Of a stretch of DNA of 64,000 nucleotides, positions 1-11,676 are shown one piece after another. Position 1 is the stretch's first letter, and every line of letters begins with the position of its first letter. Made by a program: the position numbers and the translations under genes. Under the pieces are notes generated by a model. It was not told the origin of the DNA. It was given only the letters and a program-made list of their open reading frames with translations, and did not search any database. Origin of the DNA: Psilocybe cubensis (taxonomy: Eukaryota); NCBI GenBank assembly GCA_017499595.2, contig CM039007.1, forward strand, positions 248,001-312,000. The letters are read 5' to 3'.

Positions 1-2
1 AA

Positions 3-3000
3 GATACAGGTGCGAGTGCGCGTGCGCGTGCGAGTACGAGCGCGAGTGCGATTGGACTGTCGCCTATGGAGGGCGTAGAGTCGACTGCACCGACGCCGAT
101 GTCGACAGCGACGCCTGCTCTGACTCAGATAGTTCTCAACTCGCCCACTCCTCCGCCAGCGCCAGTCGCAACGACGACACCGACAGTAGCAGCGATAACG
201 ACGACCTCGACCACGACCACGACCACAACAGCAACGACTTCCACGTCGGCTTCGGGCAGTACACCCACGCCTGTGGCCGCGCCCAAGACGCCTTCGTCGA
301 CTGCGTCCACGCCGACCCCGCCTCCGCCACCTATCACCAACGGCACGGCGAAGCCTGCGTCTGGTACAGTGTCCACAACAAAGCCTGCGGTGCCTGCGGG
401 CAAGAGGGCGGCGATCTTTTTGGGAGATAAAGGGTCGGTCAGTTTTGCGGGCACCAGTGCCAGTGGAAGCAGCGGTGCGGGAAGTTCGGACAGCGCGAGC
501 GCGAATGCGAATGCGATGCAACTCGCAACGGCGTCGCCTGGGCCTAGTGCATCGACTCAGCCAGCTACTGAAGGTGCGGCTACGGCTGCTACTGCTACCG
601 CGACCACGCCAACGCCAATACCAATGCAGAAGCATGCTACTCCAGCTCCACCTGGGGTCGCGCCACAGTCTACCAGTTCCTCTTTAGTTACGAGTGCAGC
701 AAAGCCCAAAGCGGGGCCGTCGCCGCCGCCTCCTGCTGGTTCATCGTCCTCGGCGGCGGCTGGGGTAGGAGGACAGGCGACGCTGGCGGCTATCATCAAC
801 GACGCGCTGATGCGCTCTGTACAGGGCCTACAAGCGCAACTGCAACAGGAAGCTGCGTTGGCTTCTACAACTACCCCGACTTCGACTAACGCTGGTGCTG
901 CTGCTGCTGCTACTACCACTGCGTCTTCCGGCGCGACTGCGACTTCATCTGTGTCAGCGGGAGCAGGCGGACAGGCGGGAAAGAGCAAGCTTACGCTGAC
1001 GCAGGAGCAGCTTGCCACGTTGAATATGATGGCGAAGATTATTGGCACGAGCAGGATGGGTCCGCCGACGCCGACGCCGACGTCGACGCCTGCTCTTGTT
1101 TCTACGCCTGCCCCTGCGCCTGTTTCGACGTCTACGTCTACGTCGGGGGCGAGTGCGGGGTCCAGTGTGGGGTCTAGTGTTGCGCCGGTATCTACTGCTG
1201 GTGCTACACCCGTACTGGGCCCGTCAAATGTAAATGCGAACTTTGGTGCAAGTGCGGGTGGGGGTGGGAGCAGTATACGGGCGAGTCCGGCTGCTCCTAC
1301 ACCCACCCCCACGACGGCGACGGCCACGACGACGACGGTGACGACAGCGACTAGTTCTAGCTCTGGCGCAAAGCCAGCTATCACTACCAGCACCGCTGGC
1401 AAAGCTCCTACAATTTCGAATGCGAATGCGAACGCGAACGCGAGTTCAAGCGGGAAGCCTGCCCCAGCTCCTCTCCCGCGCGTCGGCCTGTCGAACGCGG
1501 CACAGGCGCAGACGGTCGTTTCGTCGACTGCGGTGTTGGCGGGTGTCAGTGCGGCTCATCAGCAATCTTCTTCCTCTTCCTCTTCTTTTTCTGCTGCTGC
1601 TGCTGGACGAGGTGGGACGGCCAATATGGGTCAAGCGCAAGCGCAAGTTCAAGGCAAAGGGCAGCAGACGGTGCCTCTGCCTATGTCGAAGTTGGTTAGG
1701 AGTGCTGTGGATAGTGTTGCCGCTGGAAGTGGAAGTGCGATGCAAGTCGACGGTCCTCCTCCTCCTGTGTCTGCGTCTGCCGGAGCGCCAGCGAGACTCC
1801 CGCAGGCGCCGCAGGATGATGCGATGAAGATGGATGTGGACAATGACAATGACACAGATGTGGGAAGGACGCGTGCGTCTCGGGCTTTGACGTCGACAGC
1901 TGCTAGACCAGGGCGTTTAAATCTGCCTCCCATACCGATACCGATACCGACTCCCGCAAACGCTTCAGCTCCTACGCCGCTTCCCGGCACAACGACGATG
2001 ACGTCGCTGTCGAGTTCGTTTGCGGACGACGCGGCCAATTCGGTAGGGTTGTTGATGACGCCGGGGAATAGGACCAAGTCGCTGCATATGCTGATGTTGT
2101 TGAGGGATCTGCTGCACTTTTTGAGGGTGCCGGGGTGGGGTGGAAATTTGAGGGATGTGTTGGTAGAGATGGGGGTGCATTTGGTCGGACCGGAGGAGAG
2201 CGCGGGTGCGGGTGAGGATGTGTCTTCGTCTTCAGCTCAGGCTGCGGGATCTGCGATGACGACGACGGCAGCCACGACGACCACGACGGCGACTACAACC
2301 AGAACATCAGGAGCCACAACACCACCCACCCAACTGCAGCTCAACGCGGCTCTCTCAGCCGTCCTCGACGCGCGGCGCCCACAGCTGGACGAAGACGAGC
2401 CGTTAACGGTCGACCAGCGCCTCGACATGCTCGCACACGCGTCCGTCGCGCTCGCGAAGGTGCTTTTCCCGTTTCGTGGGGACGAGCTCGAGCTGCGGAT
2501 CGCGTCGCTCGATGGGAGGCTGCAGCAGCAATTCGAGTCGTTGTGGAATTCGGAGGAGAGGGGCGAGGTGGAGGTGGCGCGGGCGTTGGGGAATGGGCAT
2601 GTGTTGTTGGGGGCTGCTTCTGCTGCCGCTGCCGCGGCCCTGACGGGTACACCTGAGCCAGGGTTCCGTCCACCTGCCAGTGCGTTTGCGAACGAGGAGG
2701 TGAGGCAAGAGAGGAGTCTGTTCCAGAGGGGAGTGCAAACGGAAGAAGGGGAGGGGGCACAGGGACATGTTGTTGTGGTTGAGAGAGAGTTTGTTGAGCA
2801 GGATGTGCAAGCGTTTATTGAGGAGGTGATCGAACCTGTTCCGGGGGTTGTAGGCCAGGAAGCTGGGGTGCAGACTGACGAGGTGGAAAAGGAGAAAGAG
2901 AAGGAGGTTGTGTATGTCACTTCGGACGCTTCTGCGCCGCGTCCTGTGGTCCCGCAGACGCCAACAGCAAAAGCGATGAAGCTTATCATGCGGAACATTG

Positions 3001-4082
3001 CAGATCTGCTCGAGTCGACGTCGCTTGATGATTCTGCCAAGGTGTCTGGATCCAGTTCGAGTGTGAAGGGGAAGGACAAGGGTAAAGGCAAAGGCAAAGA
3101 ACGTGAGCGGGCGTTGAGTGTTGGAGATGTGGATATGGTGCCTGTTGGTTCTGCGGCACTGCATGGCACGGTGCCAGTGCCGGTGTCGGTGCCGGTGTCG
3201 TCGGCGTCGCCTGTGGTGGATGCGATTGTGAGCGAGATCAAGGCGATCAAAGACGAACTCAGGCAGAGCCAGCAGCAGACGATTGAGCAGCTGGCGGCGG
3301 TGCATCGGGAGGAGCTGGCGGCGCTGAAGGAGGAGATGAAGGGTCGTGAGGAGAGGGTTCGTGATGAGGCAGAGGAAATAAAGAAGAGATATCGCGAGGA
3401 TGCGGAGAGGGGGCGTGAGGAGATAGAAGAGATGAAGAAAAGGCATCGTGAGGAGGTTGAGAGGTTGCTTGAAAGTGTCCGGATTATGGAGAGGGAACGA
3501 GAGAGATTTGGAGGGAAGGGGAAGGGTAAAGACAGAGAGATGAGCAAGATGGAAGATGATGGAGAAGAGGATGAGGAAGATGAGGAAGGTGGACATGGCA
3601 CGATCCCTGCCCTTGAGTTGCGAGAACTCTGTCGAAGAGTATCGTCGCTGGAAGCCCGGACGTCGTCGCAAGATATTATGAGCTCGGCGTCTGTCGCCTC
3701 GCCGTCCGTGAGCCACTTCTCGCTCGACAACAGCATCAGCCAGAACGGACGACAGCGCCAACACCAACACCAACACCAACAATCACTAGGCGGCTCCCAC
3801 CCACTTGCACATTTGATGACACACGATTTCGAAGATACGCCGAGCGTCGCGAGTCCTGCGCCCATGTCGGCGTCTACGTCCGGGCGCCAGTTTTGGAGGG
3901 AGAATTCGACGCCGAATCCTGGGACGCCCATTTCGAGTTCTGGCGCTGCTCCGTTCAGTCATCCGTATCGGTATGATGGGGGCATGGATCTGGACGATAG
4001 TATCCCGCTGCCTGCGAAATCGCAGAGGAAGATGGCGCTGTTGATGTTCCCGCGACCTTCAACGGGATCGTCAACGGGATAG
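3..4082 (+). CDS. Large low-complexity Ala/Thr/Ser/Pro-rich protein with C-terminal coiled coil; probably 5'-partial
   Basis: The 1338-aa ORF frame is open from position 3, so the gene may start before the window. It has long T/S/A/P tracts, KGKGK motifs and an E/K/R-rich heptad region near 3230-3520. No family recognised. Confidence 0.7.
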   Translation, partial: DTGASARARASTSASAIGLSPMEGVESTAPTPMSTATPALTQIVLNSPTPPPAPVATTTPTVAAITTTSTTTTTTTATTSTSASGSTPTPVAAPKTPSSTASTPTPPPPPITNGTAKPASGTVSTTKPAVPAGKRAAIFLGDKGSVSFAGTSASGSSGAGSSDSASANANAMQLATASPGPSASTQPATEGAATAATATATTPTPIPMQKHATPAPPGVAPQSTSSSLVTSAAKPKAGPSPPPPAGSSSSAAAGVGGQATLAAIINDALMRSVQGLQAQLQQEAALASTTTPTSTNAGAAAAATTTASSGATATSSVSAGAGGQAGKSKLTLTQEQLATLNMMAKIIGTSRMGPPTPTPTSTPALVSTPAPAPVSTSTSTSGASAGSSVGSSVAPVSTAGATPVLGPSNVNANFGASAGGGGSSIRASPAAPTPTPTTATATTTTVTTATSSSSGAKPAITTSTAGKAPTISNANANANASSSGKPAPAPLPRVGLSNAAQAQTVVSSTAVLAGVSAAHQQSSSSSSSFSAAAAGRGGTANMGQAQAQVQGKGQQTVPLPMSKLVRSAVDSVAAGSGSAMQVDGPPPPVSASAGAPARLPQAPQDDAMKMDVDNDNDTDVGRTRASRALTSTAARPGRLNLPPIPIPIPTPANASAPTPLPGTTTMTSLSSSFADDAANSVGLLMTPGNRTKSLHMLMLLRDLLHFLRVPGWGGNLRDVLVEMGVHLVGPEESAGAGEDVSSSSAQAAGSAMTTTAATTTTTATTTRTSGATTPPTQLQLNAALSAVLDARRPQLDEDEPLTVDQRLDMLAHASVALAKVLFPFRGDELELRIASLDGRLQQQFESLWNSEERGEVEVARALGNGHVLLGAASAAAAAALTGTPEPGFRPPASAFANEEVRQERSLFQRGVQTEEGEGAQGHVVVVEREFVEQDVQAFIEEVIEPVPGVVGQEAGVQTDEVEKEKEKEVVYVTSDASAPRPVVPQTPTAKAMKLIMRNIADLLESTSLDDSAKVSGSSSSVKGKDKGKGKGKERERALSVGDVDMVPVGSAALHGTVPVPVSVPVSSASPVVDAIVSEIKAIKDELRQSQQQTIEQLAAVHREELAALKEEMKGREERVRDEAEEIKKRYREDAERGREEIEEMKKRHREEVERLLESVRIMERERERFGGKGKGKDREMSKMEDDGEEDEEDEEGGHGTIPALELRELCRRVSSLEARTSSQDIMSSASVASPSVSHFSLDNSISQNGRQRQHQHQHQQSLGGSHPLAHLMTHDFEDTPSVASPAPMSASTSGRQFWRENSTPNPGTPISSSGAAPFSHPYRYDGGMDLDDSIPLPAKSQRKMALLMFPRPSTGSSTG

Positions 4083-4208
4083 TGCATGAATTTTGCGATG
4101 AAACACAAATAATGTTGAAGATTGATGATGCTGATGCTTGATATACAGACATGGCTTTTTGGGTCTCTGATTTTTTGCATTTCTCTCCTTTCTACTTCTT
4201 CTATAGTT

Positions 4209-4224
4209 TCTCTCTCTCTCTCTC
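4209..4224. repeat. (TC)n microsatellite
   Basis: tctctctctctctctc in the 3' flank of the first gene. Confidence 0.85.
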
Positions 4225-5995
4225 TTTATCTCGCGTGTGTACGCGTGTCGACTCGCTGTTTCACTCGAATGTGTTTCTATTCTTGTTTCTTGTCTCTGTG
4301 AGTTCTTTATGTTCTTTTTGTGTATAATCGGTGTAATCTGAAGCGTCCATTCTTTTTTTTTGTAGGTTTAGTATAGTAGCCTTTATCATGCAACGCTCAT
4401 GTTGATATGTTTTAAAAATGATATATGTCTTTTCTTTTTCTTTTTTTCTCTGTGTTATTCATTTATATCTCGTCAACGATTCAGAGGGGGGTGGCGTGCA
4501 TTCAAAGGTTAAAATTGGTTTTGCACGTGTAGTATGGAAAGGAGGTGCACAGACAGCTACCAAACATTGGCCAGCATAATATGCCGAACGATGGCTGGGC
4601 AACTCATCATCACATGGGATTGCGAATTACGATCCCGCATCGACTCAAGACTTGCGTTATTTCGCTTGAACACGCACACCATTGAGTACATTTGATCGTC
4701 GGGAAACCAAGTCACGCTCAAATAAAATTCAATGGTGCATGTAAAAGGAAGAGTGTCTACATTGAAGGTCAGGTAGTAATAGGGGGATGTGCGAGGGGCT
4801 GTCAAAGAGAAATTATTTCAAGTAGGTGGCAATGATCTGGAGAATAGCTCTGAATAGGTACCGTTCCTATTTGGGTTGTGTGTGGCAATCCATCATAGTG
4901 TTGGATTTCACAGACGATGAAGCCAGAGGTATCATTGTCAATGACGGCCCGCGCGAGTATGATCCAAGTATTTTTTTATTAGCATTTGCTACTACATAGT
5001 ACAGCAGTATGTATTACTCACCGGTATATAATATATATACAGGACAGTTGGTGCAAGTTGGAACCGTGATGGCAGCCAATTGCCGATGGGCGCTTCTTCT
5101 GGGCGATTCATTTCGGTCGTACGACCACTATTGTGCAAATGTGCCATTTAGTTCGATATTTTGGAGACTGATCAATGCTCTGTATCCTCTGTGTTCTGTG
5201 TTTTTTCGATCGCGATCGGGAAGTTGTGGATTGTGCCTGGTATGTGATTCTTTTGGAGTCGTCCGTTTAACTTTAAGCGCTCGAACATACCTTCAAGTTC
5301 TCCGATTTGTCCAGTAGTTGACAAAGTGTGGATAGTACAGAATACTGAATACGACAAGGGAGGACGGGACGGCTTATACATACAGCCCAACACACGTATA
5401 CCGCTACAGTGATCTGTAGCTATACTTACATATCGATAGGCATATTGTCCAAATTTACACATACACGGAAGTTTAGCTTTAGACCCCGGCAACGTGTCGA
5501 GATGTTCGGATTGCATATATATAGAATACAATGTCTACACGGCATAATTGTATAAGAAATAAGAGGTGGAAGGGGATTTTTCTAATAGCATTTAGGGAAG
5601 TTGGCAGCAGGATAAAGAGGAAAGACATACCACTGAGTTGTCGACGCAGCGTTGAAAGATCGTACCATTCAAGTTCAAAATCAACTTGAAAATATAATCG
5701 TAGCCGAACGGCGAAAGAGCGTTTCGAAGTGCGCCTGTGTGGGTATATTTTCAGGTTAGACCTATCGATATGAATGCAGCTGTAACCAGATATACTTGAA
5801 GGTTTGTACTTACTCGACAGGCGTCCAGTTTGTCCATCGCAAGTCCTCCCGATTGCATAAATTGCTGCTATTCGGAGTACAACGAGGAATTCTTATTTTA
5901 CTCACCCCTGCGAGCGCAGCCGAACTTGGCTATTAATATTGCTTATCAGCCATTTCACCCAAAGCACCTCTTTGCATTACATCCTCACCACAAAC

Positions 5996-6010
5996 AGAGA
6001 GAGAGAGAGA
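5996..6010. repeat. (AG)n microsatellite in the 5' leader of the Nudix gene
   Basis: agagagagagagaga ends about 20 nt before the ATG at 6032. Confidence 0.8.
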
Positions 6011-6031
6011 TACACCCGTTCAACGCGCGCG

Positions 6032-6709
6032 ATGGCCGAGTCTACCTACCCAACAACCCAATATCTCGCAGGGGACTTTGTCCTCTCCGCAGGAAGCGTG
6101 CTATTCCGGCGCCGCCCCCGCCTCGGCACATCCACATCCACATCCACTTCCACCTCCAATCCCACCAACACACTCGAGCCCGAGCTCGAAATCTGCATTC
6201 TCCACTACCTCACCCATGACGAGTGGCTCCTGCCCAAGGGCCGCAAAGACCGCGGCGAGCCGATCGAGCGCACCGCCGTGCGCGAGACGTACGAGGAGAC
6301 GGGGTATGTATGCGCGCTGTGGCCACAGCGCATGCCGACGCTCGCGACGGTGCCAGTGCCAGCGCCGGGGCAGGGGGCGGGACAACAGAGCCATGGCCTT
6401 GAGGTGCCAATGGAGGACGGGTACGGGCTGATTGAGCCGATTGCAGTCACTGTGCGCGAAATAGCCCGCGGGCGCGTGAAAATTATATATTGGTATATCA
6501 CGGTCGTGGAGGAAGGCGTGGAGAAGGTTGAGGGATCGCAAATGGAGAACGAGAACTTTGAGTCGATGTTTGTGGATGTGCGCGAGGCGGAGGAGCGGCT
6601 GACGTTTCGGGGCGATCGCGATGTTGTGCGGGTGGCGATTGATATTGTGTGTGGGCGGGGAGTGGTGCAAGGCGCGGATACGCATTCAGGGACTTTGAGT
6701 GCGGTGTAG
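6032..6709 (+). CDS. Nudix hydrolase, intronless
   Basis: WLLPKGRKDRGEPIERTAVRETYEETGY matches the Nudix box GX5EX7REXXEEXG. N-terminal SAGSVLF strand. ATG at 6032 (MAESTYPT). Confidence 0.9.
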   Translation: MAESTYPTTQYLAGDFVLSAGSVLFRRRPRLGTSTSTSTSTSNPTNTLEPELEICILHYLTHDEWLLPKGRKDRGEPIERTAVRETYEETGYVCALWPQRMPTLATVPVPAPGQGAGQQSHGLEVPMEDGYGLIEPIAVTVREIARGRVKIIYWYITVVEEGVEKVEGSQMENENFESMFVDVREAEERLTFRGDRDVVRVAIDIVCGRGVVQGADTHSGTLSAV

Positions 6710-7349
6710 ATGAAAGAGAACGAGAGTGCTGTTTATTCAGGTGCTGTGTTGGTTTTGTGTCTGGTGACAACACGGATATGATGATCCACGGATTCCCCAA
6801 TTTTGCTCCTATTGAAGTATGGATGGGCTGGGAGCTCCTGGTTAATTGATAATGTTAAATTTCAACGCTGATCTTGAGTACTTGATCTTTCATTCTTTCC
6901 CTTCATGTTTCTGCAAATGAACGAGTTCAAAAAAGCAATCAAAAAATGTAACAAGAGGTCGTAGCTATTGATCCTGAATGGTCCATAGCCGTATACAATA
7001 TCCAATGTTGAGTTCACAAATATCGAACGTGGAATCTTGCATGAAGGAAATTTAATCAATGCCCGATGGCAACTTCAAGATCTTCGTCGTCTTTGTCTGC
7101 TCGTTTTCGTTTACAGCTTTGAGGCTTCATTGCAGAACATGAGCAAGTGTGCACTCTTCCTGTATCGTTCTGAATGGTTTCGATCCTTTTCTCTAGCCGT
7201 CGAATTGAAGACACCATCTCGCGCCTCTCTGCCGGAACTTCTGTTAGGAGACGATCAATCTTTTGCTCCAACGAATAAGATTTGCTTAAGTCGCTCTGAT
7301 TACCACATGTGAGACAGGGACAGCCAATGTGTCCTGAATGAACGGAAAA

Positions 7350-10300
7350 TCAAAGGCCTAGGTGAATGAAAGGAACAATATACGTCAGAGGGTAATTTCT
7401 CTTTTGCATGTCAATAAGGGCCTCGTGTAGTGCTTCTGCTCCTTCTCTCATGTTTGCATTTTCCATCCCATTCCTAAAGAAGTGCGAATAGACTTTGGTT
7501 GAAGCTGCGGCTGCCGCTCTGTCCATCACGCTCCACATCGTACCAATCACAGATTGAACCCCGGAGAATTGCATCCCAGCAGCAAGGTGAATGCATTCGT
7601 CAGGAACACTCGCATCTCCAGCAGAGGTAAGGCACGCTGACAAGAAGGCAAACTGTACGCGAGAGAGATCCAACTCCATCAGTTTGGATAGTTTTAGTTT
7701 GCCATTGTTGAGAAAGAATGAGCTGTTGAATGGGTATTCTTCGTCTTGATACGCGTGGCATGATAGATGGATGCAGGAATGATCTGGGAGTTTGCTGATG
7801 ACTGGATAAATATCTGCTTCCTCCCCAATTAGAGTTGTCAATTGATCGGGGACGTAATAAAAGTGTTTCTTCAAAGCCTTAATCTCCTTCTCAACAAACT
7901 TGAGTGGTGCGTAACCGGGGGTGTTTGGCAGCCCAACGGCTAGAGCTTTCACGGGGGAAGAAGGTGACTTTGCAGCACGGATTAGCGACTGGATTGATGG
8001 GATATACGAGGAGACTACGAGGTCGAGCAATCCGAGCTGACCTTTCTCACATGGAGAAGCAGCGTGGAGTGGCAAAAACATCGAAGCGCCGGTTGGATAC
8101 CACCACACACGTTTCTGCTCTCCGGTGCGTTTGAGGTAATCCAGAAGTGGAAGTGCCATCCCTGTCCATAATCCTCGTAGAATGGGCTTAAGATATTCGT
8201 TTTCAAAGTCTTCCGACGACAGTTTACCACGTTCGAATTCATGTGTGGCAGATCGTAGCGTCTCTGCCCAGGCCTGGATCTCGTCTCCAGATAATTCAGG
8301 CAATGGTAAGTGATGGAAAACAAGGCCCTCTCCTCTGGAATGAATAACAATCGCGTCGCATCGAAGAGAGTAGGGACTAAGAATGACAATGCACCCGTTC
8401 GCGATAATACGATTTAGATCATCCTCGTACGTCTCAGAAAGGCCGAGTACATGGCTAGTCCCTTGCAGCTCAGAGTGCAGCGTAGACCATCTATTTGCTG
8501 CACTATGAAGCGATGCATCCATAGAAGTGCTCATAAATTCGGAATTAAAGTCTTCTGATATCACAGACCTCCTTCCAGCAAGGAAGGTTTTTCCTAGGTT
8601 CATGAGTCTTTTGGCAATGTCTTGGAAGGATTCCCTGACAGATTCGTCGGGTAGAGAACCGAAAGGATTATCAGGAACATGCTTCATAAAATCATCCAAC
8701 TCCTCCACGGTCTCTGGCATCGTAGACCCATGACGGGTGCGCATCAAATTCTCTGAAAGGAGTTTGAACTCACGTTGTCGTTCGTCGCCGCCCGGTAGCA
8801 TGTGTCCAGCTTTAAGTTGCAGCGTTTGGGTCCACATAATGTTGCGCCCCTGTTCAAGACGGGAAACTGCGCTGACTATATCACTCGAATTCAACGCGTA
8901 TATGGCCGCTCTGTTTGGGATGGAGGCCTTCTGAGACGACAATACCCGATAATGAGCTGGAATACGGTTGGTGAGAGGGGCTAGCGTTGGCAATATTTCA
9001 AGAGCGAGAACCAGTGCATCCTCAGCGCCCTCTGAGGCTTCAGACAGTTCCACAGCGTTGGCCCATTCAATCGCTGCGTTTAATCGCAAAGAGGGCCATG
9101 TCGAGGATAAAGCTACGGACACAAAATGCGCAATGGCGTCGTCGCATGTTTCGGACCGTCCGGACAGATAGTGCTGAATCAATAACTGGCCTAGTTCCAG
9201 CCCACACTGGTGACGATATGGAGAGTCCTCTGGCGCCTTGTCAAATGCCAGCTGTGCATGATGGAGCGCAGTTTCAAAATCTTCGACGTTTTTACCAAGA
9301 CGGAAACGGCATAACAGTGCTTTGGAAAGCTAGTTCTCGACTCGAGATTCTAAATGCAGAGGACCGGAAAAGTTCTTCCTGGACTTTTGTATAATGGAAA
9401 TCCCTGCATCGACTCCAGACAAATCCCTGTTCACTTCCGAGGAGACAGCAGTGAGAAATCCGATAGTCGATTCAGCGGGAATGCGAGAGTGTCGTCCAAT
9501 ATCGTTATCTGCGGCCGTAATGGCAGTCTGTACACTTTCTAATGCCGTACGCAGATCCACAGTACCGTTTTCAACTGCCAGATGACGAGAATAAAGGATT
9601 GTGGCGAGGTCGACTGTATACGGAACGCGAAGCGGATGAGAAGGGTGAAGAAGCCCTAGTGCCTTAATTCCATGTTTAACAGCCTTGTTCAAGTCATCGA
9701 TGTCCATTGTCATTTTGAAGCGTTCGGATAGCGCCAGAGCATAAAGTCGATGGCCTGCTGCTTTATCGGCAGCGTAATCTTGATGTTCGGTGGCTGGGGG
9801 CACCACAATTTGGCTGCACATTATGCCACGGGCCAAAGCGCGATCTAAATCATCCAGTGCTCCACTGTGCATGAAACGGTCATAGTAGGCTAAACCAAGG
9901 ACGACGGTTGCCGCAGTAGGGGTTGGTTTGTCTTCTGTCAGCGCAAGTAAATGAACAATGCATTCATTTAAGCTATCCAGATTCCCCGTGCAGCGATAAT
10001 GATCTGCGAGACAGAAACCCAGCTCGGTGCGGAGAAATTCCATGACTCGAGATGGAATTTCGGGAAAGTCGTTACAGATGCCCCAGGAATTCTTCAAGAG
10101 AGCCAGAGAAGCTTCCAACCTTTCGATGTTTCCGAGTGTTTGGACGAGTAATCTTTGTCCGTATGCCCAGCATCGTACGAGTATCGGAGCTAATCGCACT
10201 TGTCGAACCTCTGGGAGTTGGGACAACTTCTGCAGTGCCCGAGCTGTCCATTCGCAGCCAAATTCAAGGACATCGTTCTCCCAGTTCACTTCGTACAAGT

Positions 10301-11218
10301 GGAGAAGGGTAATGCCAATTGATGATTCAATCATAGGATAGTTATCGTCATCCTCGGGGACCGTGATGAAGAAGTCAACCAGTTCTTTGAGGTTGGCGTA
10401 GATCATACGCTCGTTTGTCTGATACAGACGAGTAACTGCGTTGAGCTCCACAGCAGCGAGGTCCCTGTGAAGGGGTGGTTGCTCAGACTGAGTGCCTCCG
10501 TTCTCCGTATCCGATAATATAAATGATTTCGCCAATCTCCCTGCAGACGATGTCTCCGGAGAAGAGGTAGATGAAGTAGAATCATGGCCGGCCATTTTGT
10601 CCATCATCAAAAAGGCATCTTTAACCATGCCAAGAAGATCCCCTACGCCCTCTTTTGTGTATTCTAAAGAGTTGTAAAGTGGGCCCTCCGCCGTTGGACG
10701 TTCCACCTTCCGGAAATCGCTTGGAATGGTAGCTGTGGGGATCTCCCGATTGGCGAGTTGAGGTATTTTACTTTGAACGTGCTGCCATTGTCACCGCAAT
10801 AAACAAATGATTAGAATAACAACAAACTGTTGTAAATTTAAAACCACAAATTTACCATCAAGTCGTCGAAGATTTTCAGAAGTTCAGACAGTGCAGTCTC
10901 CGGGGTAGTTTCTGGTGGTTGAGAGCCAGCATTTTCTGCAGCGGTATCACTGGACGCTGTACTGGTGGTATTGAGAGTATTAGAATGGGACATCATCTGC
11001 ATCAGTCTGCCGAGCATCACGAGCTCAGGTGCTTGTGTTGTGGCAGGATCCACGTCACCCGGAGTCGAAACGCTCGTGTCATTTTCGGATCTATGAGAAC
11101 ACGTTCAATGTCGCTAACAAACCGTATGGATGCAAATTCAAACTTACTTCTCGGTCTGGGGCCCGTTGTTGTTGTGCTTCGCGTTGGATTCAGCGTGGTA
11201 GTCGTTGGTGTTGGACAT
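7350..11218 (-). pseudogene. TPR-repeat plus CHAT (caspase-like) protease gene with one in-frame premature TAG at 9330-9332
   Basis: The C-terminal CHAT domain carries VWWYPTG..MFLPLHAA, IHLSCHA, FAFLSAC, HLAAGMQFSG..SVIGTMW and PFIHLG. Upstream are TPR-like repeats (DDLDRAL, DDLNKAV). ATG 11218 (MSNTNDYH) joins through two GT-AG introns (about 11091-11147 and 10782-10855). ORFs 9330..10706 and 7350..9182 are in the same frame, separated only by the TAG. Confidence 0.8.
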
Positions 11219-11676
11219 GCTTGAGGCTTCAGATACAAGTAATGGTACGACACGCGCTCAGTAGCATTTAGTTCAATAAATACCGGCTGCGCTGGTGGAG
11301 TCATATCTGTCAAAGTGGATTTTGGTTGATGCTTGACTATCAGGTGGACAGGTCCGTCGTGATCCCTATCAGAATTGACTTGGTATGGATATCAGGCTTC
11401 AAGCAGTCACAATTATATCGTTGCCAGTGGTTTGATATTCTAGAACTACCATATAGAGCGAAGAGGCGTATCTTTAAGGTCAACGAATCATAATAAGCGT
11501 TTGATGCAGTCGGAAATAGGTATAGAACTCACTCAAGAACATTGATTCGAGTTAATCAAGGCGATTTATCTACCTGAGGAGAATACGTTAACATTTAGAA
11601 AGGGTAAATAGCAGAGACAGCTCGCTTTTGGATAGCATATACTCACAATAAGGGCGCAGTCAAATTTCAACTACGA

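Noticed and set aside
557-3931. Long antisense ORFs (281, 564 and 459 aa) opposite the first gene
   Set aside because: Shadow frames of a GC-rich low-complexity coding strand with no independent motifs
11017-11313. Apparent frameshift between ORFs 11017..11313 and 10838..11053
   Set aside because: Resolved by a canonical GTAAGT...CATAG intron using ATG 11218
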